Made by a program: the position numbers and the translations under genes
The notes under the pieces: model-generated
The model's input: only the letters and a program-made list of their open reading frames with translations
Database searches by the model: none
What the model was told of the DNA's origin: nothing
Shown: positions 1 through 9,979 of the stretch, piece by piece
Layout of the letters: each line of letters begins with the position of its first letter
Position numbering within the stretch: the first letter of the stretch is position 1
Assembly (NCBI GenBank): GCA_050008515.1
Contig: JBEKMM010000014.1
Location: forward strand, 17,566 to 81,565
Source: Candidatus Limnocylindrales bacterium
GTDB taxonomy: Bacteria > Chloroflexota > Limnocylindria > Limnocylindrales > CSP1-4
Length of the DNA stretch: 64,000 nucleotides
Direction of reading: 5' to 3'

Positions 1-969
1 GGGCGAAAGCCCGCATCGGTCAGCATGGCTGCGTACTCCTCAAACGTGTAGAAGCGACCCCGACGGGCCACGTTGAACAGCCAGACGGCCATGAGGTACG
101 GGTTCGGGTCGTCGAACACGCCGGGTGTTGGCAGGACCTCCCGGATGACGATCCGCCCGGACGGGGCAAGCAGGCGACGGACCTGACGCAGCGTCGAGCC
201 GATCTCGATCGGGTCGAGGAAGTGAAGGACGTAGCCCAGGAAGACGACGTCGAAGGGGCCGGCGAGATCCTGGAGCGCGGTGACGTCGCCGGCCACGAAC
301 GATGCCCGCGACGCGACGCCCATCGCCTCGGCGACGCGGCCGGCCACCTCAAGGACCGGTCCCCGGTCGATACCGGTCACCGTTGCCGTCGGGTCGTCGA
401 GCGCCAGGACGAGGCTCACGATCGCCGAGCCGCAGCCGACATCGAGGACGCGTGCGCCGGGCACCGACTCGGCCGTGACCCCGATGGCCGACCAGCGCCC
501 CCTGTAAGCGGTGAGATCGTCCGGCCACGTGAGCAGCTGAGAGGCGGCGTAGGCCACCCAGAGACCGGCGGCGTCGGTCGACGCGAAGTCGGTCCGGACC
601 TCGCCGGTTCGGATGTTCTCCGTGAATTGATCTCCGGCTCGGAGACTGTCGAGGAACATCCGGGCGCAGTACGTGGGCTTCCCGGGAACGAGATACGCCT
701 CCGCTGTCGGGGTGAGCGAGCAGGCTCCATCGGACCAGCGCAGCAGCCCGAGGGCGCACAGGCCGTCGAGCAGGATACGCATCCCGTGGAGAGAGCAGCC
801 GGTGGCTCGGGCGATGCTCTCCACATCGCGATGACCGGCGGCGACCGCCGGGATGACCTCGAGCTCGAGCGCCGCCCGGACGATCTGCACCTTGAGGGCG
901 AGAACGTTGTCGACCTCCTCGAGGATGCCCAGCGATGGGACGGTTCCGGAGACCACGGACTGAGTCATA
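1..969 (-). CDS. O-methyltransferase, class I SAM-dependent, with N-terminal dimerisation domain. 3' end truncated by the window edge.
   Basis: Reverse-strand translation from the ATG at ~967-969 gives MTQSVVSGTVPSLGILEEVDNVLALKVQ... and contains the SAM motif VLDVGCGSAIVSL. The frame runs off position 1 without a stop, so it is absent from the ORF track. Confidence 0.75.
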
Positions 970-1072
970 GGTAGTACCTCCAATCGGGCCGAGTCGCCCC
1001 GCGGGTCGGTTTCGCCAGTGGCTCGACGCGGTCCGGCAGCCAAGGGTGTGAGTCGGGTGTCTTGCCTCCCGG

Positions 1073-2011
1073 CTACTGGTCGTGCCGGGCGAGGAACTCG
1101 CCGAGGATCTGCACATAGCGTTCTGGTTCCTCGGCTTGGGCGTTGTGTGCACTCTCCTCGAACATCACCCACTCCGATCCGGGGATCCCATCGTGGACGG
1201 TGCCCGCGATGACCTCGGTCACCACGTCGTAGCGGCCGGAGGTGACGAGCGTAGGGGCATCGATCGCGCCGAGGCGGCTTCTGACGTCCCAGTCCTTCAG
1301 CGTGCCGATGACTTCGAAGTCCCCCGCGTTCATTGTGGCGTTGACTTCTGGGTTCGCGAGGAACTTGTCCTGGGAGCGCTGGACGAACTCGGGGTACGCA
1401 TCGGCCCGCCAGAAGTGGCGGTGGGAGAAGACCTTCATCGCGGCAACGTACTCGGGGTCTTCGAAGGTCCCGTCGGCCTCGTGCTTTCGGAGCGCCGACT
1501 GGACGTCGGGCGGGAGCTTCTCGCGCAGCCTGTTCAACTCGGCTACCAACTGGGGCATGCTCGCAGGCGAGCTGGCGAGCGTCAGGCTCGCGATGCCCGA
1601 CGGCCGGGTGAGCATGTAGCTCATGGCGAGCATCCCGCCCCATGAGTGGCCGAGCAGGTGGATTCGGTCGAGGCCGAGGGCCCGCCGGACGTTGCCCACC
1701 TCCTCGACGAAGAGCTCGACGGTCCACATCTCGGGGTGGGGCTCGGGCAGGGACGAGAGGCCACAGCCGAGCTGGTCGTAGAAGATGACGCGGCGTCCCG
1801 TCTCCACCATCGCCTTGAGCGATTCGAGGGTGTCGTAGCAGGTGCCGGGGCCGCCGTGCAGGCAGAGCAGCGGCAGCCGACCTGGTCGCTCCGCTTCACC
1901 GTAGATCCGGTACCACGTCGAGTAGCCCTTGAATGGGATCCGGCCGTCCGTGTATGGGATGCCCGACGTGTCGACCGTCGGCTCCATTGCCGGTCGAACC
2001 GGACTGATCAT
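1073..2011 (-). CDS. Proline iminopeptidase-family alpha/beta hydrolase (peptidase S33)
   Basis: ORF 1073..2188 trimmed to the internal Met (MISPVRPAMEPTVD) preceded by GGGAGG. Motifs LHGGPG and GHSWGG (nucleophile elbow). The N-terminal 59 aa of the long ORF are low-complexity. Confidence 0.8.
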   Translation of the reverse strand: MISPVRPAMEPTVDTSGIPYTDGRIPFKGYSTWYRIYGEAERPGRLPLLCLHGGPGTCYDTLESLKAMVETGRRVIFYDQLGCGLSSLPEPHPEMWTVELFVEEVGNVRRALGLDRIHLLGHSWGGMLAMSYMLTRPSGIASLTLASSPASMPQLVAELNRLREKLPPDVQSALRKHEADGTFEDPEYVAAMKVFSHRHFWRADAYPEFVQRSQDKFLANPEVNATMNAGDFEVIGTLKDWDVRSRLGAIDAPTLVTSGRYDVVTEVIAGTVHDGIPGSEWVMFEESAHNAQAEEPERYVQILGEFLARHDQ

Positions 2012-2304
2012 GGAGTGGCCTCCCTGGTGTGCCCGAGGACGCGGCGGTCGGTCTCGCCAGTGGCTCGACGCGGGTCCCGGCGGCCGCAAGCATGCGCTGC
2101 GCGTCAGGGCCTCCCGCGTCCACGGAGATTGTCTCACCGGAATACAGGCGTTCAAGCTGGCCGAGGCGGCCTCGCCCTGCGGGGTCACGGGTCGGGGGAC
2201 CCGCGCTCGGGGTGGCCCACCGCGAAAACGGCTCGGCGACCCTCGTCACGACACGATAGCTGGACACGTTGTGTTCGCCCCTCTGAGCACGGTGCTACAA
2301 CGCT

Positions 2305-2362
2305 TACACGCTTGGGCCATCCAAGCTGAATGTCGCGGGTTCGAGACCCGTCTCCCGCTCCA
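2305..2362 (+). other. tRNA 3'-half-like fragment (T-arm, acceptor 3' strand, CCA) with no matching 5' half
   Basis: ...GTCGCGGGTTCGAGACCCGTCTCCCGCTCCA folds as a canonical T-stem/loop (GCGGG-TTCGAGA-CCCGT) followed by a 7-nt acceptor strand, discriminator and CCA. The complementary 5' acceptor strand (GCGGGAG) is absent upstream. It lies in a 300-bp gene-free gap. Confidence 0.4.
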
Positions 2363-2485
2363 AATAGCCCTTCGTGCTTAGCACGGCAAGTTAACTGGAC
2401 GCCGGTACATCCGAACCGACCGGCGGATGTGACCGAATCGACTGACACAACGCTCGGTTCGCGCCGCCGACCAGGGTGTTCACGG

Positions 2486-2788
2486 TCAGTACGACTTCCG
2501 CTCGACTATGTCGACAACGCGGACTCGGGGGATGCCGGCGAAGGCTGCCGCGGCCTTCGGTGACCGCCACAGCTCCTGCAGGGCAAGCTTGAACGCCTCT
2601 GCCTTCCCCAGGCTGTCGAACTCGAGGTCTACCGCGATGTAGTTGGGGTCGTCGGTCGGCCGATAGATCTGATAAGTCCGCACCCCTGACGCCTCTCGAT
2701 CGACCGGATCTCGATCGAACGCGGCCTTCCAGGTCCCGAAATCGTGGACGGGATGTTCTAGCTGCACGACTGGCAAGAGTGACTCCAT
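2486..2788 (-). CDS. Hypothetical small protein (100 aa), possibly an alpha+beta barrel (ABM/Dabb-like)
   Basis: Clean 100-aa ORF divergent from the TetR gene. No recognisable catalytic motif. Confidence 0.5.
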   Translation of the reverse strand: MESLLPVVQLEHPVHDFGTWKAAFDRDPVDREASGVRTYQIYRPTDDPNYIAVDLEFDSLGKAEAFKLALQELWRSPKAAAAFAGIPRVRVVDIVERKSY

Positions 2789-2822
2789 TCGGCCGGACGG
2801 ATTGCCCGGTCACTACTGTTGA

Positions 2823-2847
2823 ACTGTATTCACTAAGGTCTTACAGT
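2823..2847. promoter_or_regulatory. Palindromic operator (ACTGTA-N13-TACAGT) in the divergent intergenic region. Probable TetR binding site.
   Basis: ACTGTATTCACTAAGGTCTTACAGT lies immediately upstream of the TetR start at 2854. Confidence 0.5.
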
Positions 2848-2853
2848 ATCCGC

Positions 2854-3561
2854 ATGTCACAGCCTGTCAAGCGTCGGCGCGTTTATGACTCGCCGCGTCG
2901 TCGCGATCAGGCGCGGGCGACTCGGCGGGCGGTCCTCAATGCTGCAGAGGCGCTCTTTGTCGAACGGGGCTACGTCGCGACCACGATCGATGCGATAGCC
3001 GCGAGGGCGACCGTCTCGCCCGAGACGGTGTTCTCCATCTTCGGAGCTAAACGAACCCTTCTGTCCGAGCTCGTGGATGTCTCGATCTCTGGCGGTAACG
3101 AGGCACCGCCGATACTCGAGCAGGCATGGGTGCGGGAGATGGGGGCGGAACCAGATCCCCGGCGCCGGATCGAGATCCTGGCAGCCAACGGAAGGTCGAT
3201 CCTGGAGCGACGGTCGGCCCTCGATGAGGTCGTGCGTGGAGCTGCGGCCGCCGAACCAGAGATGGCGACCCTGTGGGAGCGTGGCAAGGCTCAGCGCTTC
3301 AGCGGCCAGGCCGCTCTGCTACAGATGGCGATCGACGCGGCGGACCTCCGTGAGGGCTTGGACCTTGAAACCGCCGCCGAGATCCTGTTCGCCATCGGCA
3401 GCCCCGAGGTCTATCGGCTGCTCGTCGTAGATCGAGGGTGGAGCGGCTCTCGGTTCGAGCAGTGGTATGCCGAGACGCTTGCGCGGCTGTTACTCGAGCC
3501 TCCGCCCTTCGGCCTCCCACACGGTCACGCCGATGCTCCACCAGCGATCCCGGATCGATGA
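2854..3561 (+). CDS. TetR/AcrR family transcriptional regulator
   Basis: ORF 2779..3561 trimmed to MSQPVKRRR. N-terminal HTH RAVLNAAEALFVERGYVATTIDAIAARATVSPETVFSIFG. Confidence 0.8.
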   Translation: MSQPVKRRRVYDSPRRRDQARATRRAVLNAAEALFVERGYVATTIDAIAARATVSPETVFSIFGAKRTLLSELVDVSISGGNEAPPILEQAWVREMGAEPDPRRRIEILAANGRSILERRSALDEVVRGAAAAEPEMATLWERGKAQRFSGQAALLQMAIDAADLREGLDLETAAEILFAIGSPEVYRLLVVDRGWSGSRFEQWYAETLARLLLEPPPFGLPHGHADAPPAIPDR

Positions 3562-3652
3562 CGATTGGGATCGCTGGCGATGAAACCGAGCCGGGTATCT
3601 GATCCGGGATGGCCTGTCGGCCATCCCGATCGGCGGCGTCAGTTCGGGCAGA

Positions 3653-4174
3653 TCACCGCGGCGCGCCGGCGGGCGCAATGAGGCCATACCGGGCGACGAG
3701 GTCCGGCACCTCCGCGAGATCGAACGACAGGCCGAAGCGTCCGGCGATTTCGCCCATGACCGACGGGTCGGGAACTCTACCCGCGGCCGCGACTGCCTCG
3801 GCCAGCTCGACGAAGTAGTTCTCGAAGCCCGCGGGGCTGATGATCTCGATCATGCGTGCGGGAGTGCTGCCAGCGTTCCACATCGAGTGGAGCTCGCCGC
3901 GGGGCTTCACGATGTAGCCGCCGGCCGCGAGCGTGACCTCCTTGCCGTTCGAGCGAAACCCGATGTCGCCCATGACCACGTACGAGATCTCGTCCTCGAG
4001 AGTGTGCCGGTGCGGCGGCACGAGTGCCCCCGGCGAGAAGACGTGCTCGACGATCGAGATCGAACCCGTGTCAGCGGAGGTGAGCCGCCCCGATGCAGTC
4101 AAGCCGGGGATGAGCGGGGCGTCGGGGCCGTGAGGTTCGACTACGGAGAGGTGCGCTTTGGTCAATGTGAGCAC
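3653..4174 (-). CDS. Cupin-domain protein
   Basis: 173-aa ORF with cupin-like HxH...E...H spacing (VPPHRHTLEDEISYVV...GELHSMWN). Confidence 0.7.
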   Translation of the reverse strand: MLTLTKAHLSVVEPHGPDAPLIPGLTASGRLTSADTGSISIVEHVFSPGALVPPHRHTLEDEISYVVMGDIGFRSNGKEVTLAAGGYIVKPRGELHSMWNAGSTPARMIEIISPAGFENYFVELAEAVAAAGRVPDPSVMGEIAGRFGLSFDLAEVPDLVARYGLIAPAGAPR

Positions 4175-4252
4175 CGGGGACCTCCTGGAAGTTCGTGAGT
4201 CAGTGGTGTATCGTGATCACGATGATCCTCACGCGGAATTGGGTATCTGTCA

Positions 4253-4861
4253 ATGGCTGAACATAACCGTCTCACGAAAGCGGGCCGGCCCTACCGTTTG
4301 CGGGCCCGCGCAGCCGCGATGGACCAGACCCGCGCGCGGATCACGCGAGCGGCGGTGGAGCTCCACGGGATCATCGGGCCGGCCGCCACGACTATGAGCG
4401 CGGTCGCCGAACGCGCCGGGGTCACTAGAGCAACGCTGTATCGCCACTTTCCGAACGAGGAGGCGCTATTCACGGCGTGCAGCGCGGACTGGCTCGCCGC
4501 AAGCCCTCGTCCGGACCCTTCGGGTTGGGCCGCCGTCGCCGATCCCGCTCGCCGACTCGGCGTCGCACTTGCCGAGCTATATGCCTACTACCGCGCGACC
4601 GAGCGGATGAGGACGAACCTTCTAAGGGACATAGCCGCGATCCCGGAGCGTTTCCGCCCGGGGATCGCCGCGTTTCCGCCAACCACGGTCCAGGTCCTCG
4701 AGGCTGGCTGGCCGGGACCTTCGGGGGTGCGCCTGCGGCGCGCGGCCATCGGGCACGCGGTCGGGTTCGAGACGTGGCGATCGCTGGCCAAGGAGGGGCT
4801 GACGGATGAGGAGGCCGCAGGTCTGATGAGCAGGTTTGTCACGTGTGTAGGGCCGCGGTAG
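4253..4861 (+). CDS. TetR family transcriptional regulator
   Basis: HTH RAAVELHGIIGPAATTMSAVAERAGVTRATLYRHFPNEEAL. Divergent from the cupin gene. Confidence 0.85.
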   Translation: MAEHNRLTKAGRPYRLRARAAAMDQTRARITRAAVELHGIIGPAATTMSAVAERAGVTRATLYRHFPNEEALFTACSADWLAASPRPDPSGWAAVADPARRLGVALAELYAYYRATERMRTNLLRDIAAIPERFRPGIAAFPPTTVQVLEAGWPGPSGVRLRRAAIGHAVGFETWRSLAKEGLTDEEAAGLMSRFVTCVGPR

Positions 4862-5133
4862 GCGACGAGCCACCGTGTCGCTGTGAGCATTTGGTATCCG
4901 AGGCGCCACATTGCCCCGGGGCGTGGCCAGTTCTCCTGGTTTCTGAGACAGAATCTGGATGGCCGTACGTTCGCCGGCAGAGCGCGCACACTCCGAAGAT
5001 CGGGGAGAGGCACGGGAGCCCTCGGGTTCCTACCTGCGCGGCGTCCCCATACGGTCGCCTAGACCGTCGCGCAGGGCCAATGGCGAGTCCCACTCCCCGT
5101 TTGTCGGGCATGTACGTGCCCACGGAGGTTCCC

Positions 5134-5496
5134 ATGGCCTTGAATGCAGTCGTATTCCCGGTCCTGCCCGGGAAGACGGACGAGTGGCGCGACTTCATCG
5201 CCCAACTCAACGGCGCACGGCGTTCGGAGTTCGCCGCCTCGCGAGCGCGAGCCGGCGTCCACGAGCGCACGTTCCTCCAGCCGACCCCGATGGGCGACCT
5301 GGTCATCGTGACGCTCGAAGGCGAGGATCCGGAGCGATCGTTCGGGCAGATGGTGAGCGCCACCGACGCGTTCACCCTCTGGTTCCTCGAGCGCGTCAAG
5401 GCCATCCACGGCGTCGACCTGGCCGCGCCGATGTCGGGCGGCTCGCCGTCGAAGCAGGTTCTCGACACGGCCCTCGTGCCGGTCCTCGCGAAGTAA
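5134..5496 (+). CDS. Hypothetical protein (~120 aa)
   Basis: Internal ATG of ORF 4843..5496 preceded by GGAGG-N7 (MALNAVVFPVLPGKTDEWRDF...). The upstream part of the long ORF is low-complexity. Confidence 0.5.
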   Translation: MALNAVVFPVLPGKTDEWRDFIAQLNGARRSEFAASRARAGVHERTFLQPTPMGDLVIVTLEGEDPERSFGQMVSATDAFTLWFLERVKAIHGVDLAAPMSGGSPSKQVLDTALVPVLAK

Positions 5497-5633
5497 CCGG
5501 AACCGCGTATCCCGTTCAGTCCCGTGTTGCAACGGAGGCCGCTCGCCTCGGCGGGCGGCCTCCGTGCACAGCCGATTCGTAGGCCAGGGCGAGCATTGGC
5601 CTCAGGCCCTCAGGGTCTGCGATCGGGCGGAAC

Positions 5634-5981
5634 TCAGTGCAGGTGCTGCTCCCAGTCGCGCGGCACGCGCCCTGCCGGTCCCGGCACGGGCTGATCGAGC
5701 GGATGGTGAGTGGGCGGAGCCAGCGTCGGGCCTTCAACGACGTCCCCGGCGCGGAAGTCCCAGAACCAGTCTTCGCCCGGCTCGTAGCTGCAGGCTACCC
5801 AGTGCTCCGTTGTGGCGGCGTGTCTGCTTGCGTGCTGCGACGGCGATGAATCGCAACAGCCCACGTGGCCGCATGTGGCGCAACGGCGCAGATGGAACCA
5901 CCAGCCACCCGTGGCCAGGCACTCGACGCAGCCCGGCCCGCTCGGGGGTATCGAAGTGTCGATCTCGCTCTCGCGGGGCAT
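5634..5981 (-). CDS. Stand-alone UBP-type zinc-finger (zf-UBP) domain protein
   Basis: CVECLATGGWWFHLRRCATCGHVGCCDSSPSQHASRHAATTEHW matches the Cys/His ligand pattern of zf-UBP. Trimmed to MPRESEIDTS. Confidence 0.6.
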   Translation of the reverse strand: MPRESEIDTSIPPSGPGCVECLATGGWWFHLRRCATCGHVGCCDSSPSQHASRHAATTEHWVACSYEPGEDWFWDFRAGDVVEGPTLAPPTHHPLDQPVPGPAGRVPRDWEQHLH

Positions 5982-6215
5982 CCGCTCAATCCTCACTGGC
6001 CACACCGTGATCACGACGTGCTCTTGCAGCAGATTGGACCGCCGGCCGGGCGGCGGCCAGCCAGTGCGGTGTCGGGCCGAGATTCGCCTGCCTGGTGAGA
6101 CGCTCGTCCCCCCTCGCGACACACCCGAGAGTTCCGCTCCGCATTGCGACGCGTCCACGATCGGCCCGCCGTGCCGGCGACCGCGATCGGCCAGTCCTCC
6201 GGCCTATGTACTTCG

Positions 6216-6491
6216 TCAGGAAGTGGCGCAGTCGGGGCAGAGGTCGTCACAGGGCGCCTGGTAGCCCGAGAGACCACGCCGGACGGCGGCGAACGGCCGT
6301 CCGAGCCCTGCGCGAATGCTCTTGAGCAGCCGAGCCGATGGGTGGTCGGCGGGCTTTCCCGGGTGGGCCGTTGCGAGGCGGTACTGCTCGGCCTCCCTCG
6401 CGAGACGGTACTGCTCGGCCTCGTGGATCAACTCTGCGTGTCGCTGCTTCGCGAGCCAGAGGGGCCAGGGGTCAGACATTCCTGGAAACAT
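6216..6491 (-). CDS. Hypothetical small protein with an internal 27-bp tandem duplication (EAEQYRLAR x2) and a C-terminal CxxxCxxC
   Basis: ORF track entry. Repeat visible at 6365-6425. Confidence 0.3.
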   Translation of the reverse strand: MFPGMSDPWPLWLAKQRHAELIHEAEQYRLAREAEQYRLATAHPGKPADHPSARLLKSIRAGLGRPFAAVRRGLSGYQAPCDDLCPDCATS

Positions 6492-6590
6492 GTGCTTGTC
6501 CTTCCTTCGACGCTTATGGTTGCGATCGATGAGAGGCGGCGAGAGGGGTCGGCTCGGGCCGGTAGCGGAGCGTTGGTCGACTCAGATCGA

Positions 6591-6842
6591 TCACGCCACC
6601 TCCACTTGGAGCTCGTAGATCTCGCTCGTGGGATGGCCCGCGCGTTCGTGGATTCGCAGCACCGCCTCGCGGCTGGGTCCGCTGGCAAGACAGAAGACCT
6701 TGCCTTTCTCGGGATCTAGCCAGGCGCGCTCGAAATGCACGCCCTCGTCCGCCTCTATGGCGAGGTCGCGTTCGTGGGCCTCCTTCAGCTGCTGTGCTGT
6801 TACGCCCACGAACCCCGAATGAACATCCATGAACCTGGTCAT
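6591..6842 (-). CDS. DUF4242-family small protein (SCO4226-like)
   Basis: MTRFMDVHSGFVGVTAQQLKEAHERDLAIE...KVFCLASGPSREAVLRIHERAGHP resembles DUF4242 proteins. Confidence 0.65.
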   Translation of the reverse strand: MTRFMDVHSGFVGVTAQQLKEAHERDLAIEADEGVHFERAWLDPEKGKVFCLASGPSREAVLRIHERAGHPTSEIYELQVEVA

Positions 6843-7027
6843 CAGCCTCTCCTGTATGTGTCGCGTCGGATCAAAGGTTGGCGGTGCGGCAGCCGGCCGC
6901 CATCGTGCTTCCGGCCGATGCGCCCGTGCATTCCCGACCGATACGGCAGGGCAGTTTGCGAAGTACCACGCGGGACATCGGTCGTTCGACCGATGACCAC
7001 CTGGATCTACGGCCTAGACTCGGCCTC

Positions 7028-9979
7028 ATGACACGCTTGGGGCCACGCCTCTCGCCCATCCTGATCGGACGGGATGACCTACTCGATCTCGCCGAACGCC
7101 GCCTGGCGGAGGCGGCAGCGGGTCGAGGCCAGTTCCTCTTGCTAGCCGGCGAAGCCGGCGTCGGCAAGTCTCGATTCATGGCAGCCGTCGAGACAAAGGC
7201 GCGCGCTGCGGACTTCCGAACGGCGGCCGGGTTCCTAGCTCCGCAAGACAGCGACGTGCCGGCGGCGTCGCTGCTCGACATGGCACGCTCGATGACGCGT
7301 ATGGAGCAGTGGGCGGACCTTGGACGGAAGCTCCTCGAGCTCGCCGATGCGACCGTGGCCTCCCCGGAGCCGAGGCGCCGGGCCGTCGTCCTCAAGGCCG
7401 TCGATCTGATTGTCAGCGCGCTTGATGGCCCGACGGTGCTTTCCTTCGACGACCTGCAGTGGGCGGACAACCTCAGCCTCGAGATCCTCACCGAGCTCGC
7501 TCGGGCGACCCGAGATCGACCGCTGCTGATCGTCGGCGCCTATCGGACCGACGAGCTCGCGCCGGGCGCCCTCCTGCGGGATTGGCGGGCGAGGCTCCTG
7601 ACACAGCGCATCGCCGAGGAGGCGCGACTCGCACCACTGACCCTCGACCAGACTGCTCTCATGACGACACTCATCCTGGGCACCGGTCTGCCGGCGCCGC
7701 GCGACGTCGTCGCCGCGGTCTACGCGCGGACCGACGGCGTACCGCTCCACATCGAGGAGCTGCTCGGGGCGATCGCCGAGGATGACCGGACGGACAGCCG
7801 CGCGATCCTCGACGCGGCCGTGCCGGACACCCTGGAAGACGCGATCCTCCAGCGCATCGGCCGGCTCTCTTCGGAAGCGCAAGCCGTCGCTCGCTCCGGC
7901 GCGGTGATCGGGCGGTGCTTCGTGCCCGAGGTTCTCGCCGTCATCATGGAAGTGCCCGCCGACTCCTTGGACCGACCGCTGCGCGAGCTCGTCGACCAGC
8001 ACGTGCTCGAGCCACCCGGGCTGCGCGGGCTGTTCGACTTTCGCCATCAGCTACTGCGCGACGCCCTCTACCGTAGCCTGCCCGAGGGCCAGCGTCGCCG
8101 ACTGCACGCTCGCGCGGGCGAGTTCGTCAAGGATCTCGAGGGAGCGTCGGAGATCCACGCCTCGCTCCATTTCGAGCGGGCAAAGATGACGGCCCAGGCA
8201 TTCCGTTCGGCCCTTCAAGGAGCCCGGGTCTCGGCCCGGCTGTCATCGCATCGCGAGGCGTTCGAGTTGTACCGCCGCGCGGTCGACAACATGCCCGCCG
8301 ACCTCCCCTTGGCCGAGCAGGCGGAGATCCTCGAAGCCTTCTCCATTGAGGCGGCCGCCATCGAGGAGATCGACACCTGCGAATGGGCGGCCGGGGAAGC
8401 GCGTGAGCGCTACTCTCGGGACGGCGACCCGATCGGCGCGGCAGATCAGCTCGTGTTCGTCGCCCAGATGGCACGCCGCCGCGCACGGCCACTCGCAGCT
8501 CGGCTCGTCGTGATCCGGTCGGCCCTTGCCGAGGTGGACGACCTCCCGTCCGGCCCGCGGACGAGCCAGGTTCGCTCCGGGCTGTCCATGGAACTTGCCT
8601 ACGCGTCGATGGAAGCGCTTGATGTCGAAGGGGCTCGCGCTGCGGTCGAATCCGGTCGCCACGCGGCGCAGGAGGCAGAAGACGAGGACGTGCTCCTTCA
8701 CGCGTCCTCGCTCGAAGGGATGCTCGACGTGATCGGGGGACACGTGCCCCAGGGGCTCGATCGGATGGCCGCGGTGGCACACGAGGCGCGAGATAGGGGC
8801 TTCGAGGATACCGGCGTCACCGCCTACCGAGACGCCGCTGTCATGGCGACGCGGGTCATGGAGTACCGCCGCGCCTCAGACTGGATCGACGAGGGGCTTC
8901 GCTACGCCGACGCGATCGAACAGTCCCATTGCGCTCACGTCATGGCCGCGACCGGAGCGCTGGTGGCATGGGCGGATGGGCGATGGAATGAGGCGGTCGC
9001 TCTCGGGGAGCACGCCCTCGCCGACCGGGGGTGCGATCGAGCCGCCGGCATGGCTCGCTGGCCCCTGGGCTATACCGCGCTCGGTCGGGGAGAGGTCGAG
9101 CTGGCGACCACGCACCTGCGGGCCGCCGAGGCGTTCGGCGAGGCGTCCGGCGCTCCCGATTTCATGCTGGCTGCCACCTGGGGTCTGGCCGAGCTGTCGA
9201 TTCTCGCGGGCGACTACGAGGACGCGATCGCGCGCAGCGAGCGGGCGCTGGAGCTCGCCCGACGCACCGGTGAGCGGGGGCGGTTCGCGCCGTTCGCGGT
9301 CACCGGAACCCGGGCCCGAATTGCCGCCGGCCGTCGAGGCGAAGCCGAACGCTGGCTGGCCGGCGCGACCGAGTTCCTCGGCCAGGTCGAGTGGTATGCC
9401 TCGCCGGCCCTCGACCACGCCGCGGGCCTGCTGAGCCTTTCGGGTGGTTCGACGATCGCCGCTCGAGAGTCGCTGGAGCGGGCAGTTCGAGGTTGGGATG
9501 CACGAGGCAGGACCTGGGAGCTGCTGTGGGCGCGGCTCGATCTCGCGGGGTGTCTGATGCACTCCGGTCGATTCGTCGATGCGGCGAGTCTGATCTCGGG
9601 CGTGCGTGATACAGCGAAACGGTTGCGGAGTCGGCCCCTCCTCGAGCGCGTCGAGGAGCTCGGCCGCCTGAACCGCCGGCATGACGCGGAGGAGTCCGCC
9701 TGGCACCCGCTCACCGCTCGCGAGTTCGAGGTCGCACAGCTGATCGCCACTGGTCTCACCAACTCGGAGATCGCGGCCGAGCTGTCGGTCGCGCCGAGAA
9801 CCGTGAGCGCCCACGTGGAGCACATCCTCGCCAGGCTGGGTGCGGGGCGCCGGACCGAGATCGCGAGCTGGGTAGCGATGGCGGCTCGCGCTACGGCGAG
9901 CGCCGGACGTTCAGAGGACCCAAAGCCTATGCCCACGAGCAGACCACCCCTGAGCAGTGTCGTGTCGATCCGTCGCTGA
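7028..9979 (+). CDS. LAL-subfamily LuxR regulator (N-terminal P-loop/AAA ATPase, TPR-like middle, C-terminal LuxR HTH)
   Basis: Walker A LLLAGEAGVGKSRF. C-terminal LTAREFEVAQLIATGLTNSEIAAELSVAPRTVSAHVEHILARLG. Trimmed from ORF 6878..9979 to MTRLGPRLSPILIGRDDLL. Confidence 0.85.
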   Translation: MTRLGPRLSPILIGRDDLLDLAERRLAEAAAGRGQFLLLAGEAGVGKSRFMAAVETKARAADFRTAAGFLAPQDSDVPAASLLDMARSMTRMEQWADLGRKLLELADATVASPEPRRRAVVLKAVDLIVSALDGPTVLSFDDLQWADNLSLEILTELARATRDRPLLIVGAYRTDELAPGALLRDWRARLLTQRIAEEARLAPLTLDQTALMTTLILGTGLPAPRDVVAAVYARTDGVPLHIEELLGAIAEDDRTDSRAILDAAVPDTLEDAILQRIGRLSSEAQAVARSGAVIGRCFVPEVLAVIMEVPADSLDRPLRELVDQHVLEPPGLRGLFDFRHQLLRDALYRSLPEGQRRRLHARAGEFVKDLEGASEIHASLHFERAKMTAQAFRSALQGARVSARLSSHREAFELYRRAVDNMPADLPLAEQAEILEAFSIEAAAIEEIDTCEWAAGEARERYSRDGDPIGAADQLVFVAQMARRRARPLAARLVVIRSALAEVDDLPSGPRTSQVRSGLSMELAYASMEALDVEGARAAVESGRHAAQEAEDEDVLLHASSLEGMLDVIGGHVPQGLDRMAAVAHEARDRGFEDTGVTAYRDAAVMATRVMEYRRASDWIDEGLRYADAIEQSHCAHVMAATGALVAWADGRWNEAVALGEHALADRGCDRAAGMARWPLGYTALGRGEVELATTHLRAAEAFGEASGAPDFMLAATWGLAELSILAGDYEDAIARSERALELARRTGERGRFAPFAVTGTRARIAAGRRGEAERWLAGATEFLGQVEWYASPALDHAAGLLSLSGGSTIAARESLERAVRGWDARGRTWELLWARLDLAGCLMHSGRFVDAASLISGVRDTAKRLRSRPLLERVEELGRLNRRHDAEESAWHPLTAREFEVAQLIATGLTNSEIAAELSVAPRTVSAHVEHILARLGAGRRTEIASWVAMAARATASAGRSEDPKPMPTSRPPLSSVVSIRR

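Noticed and set aside
4175-4252. Imperfect palindrome TGTCAATGGCTGAACA between the cupin and TetR genes
   Set aside because: Only the outer TGT/ACA and a few inner positions pair. Too weak to call an operator with confidence.
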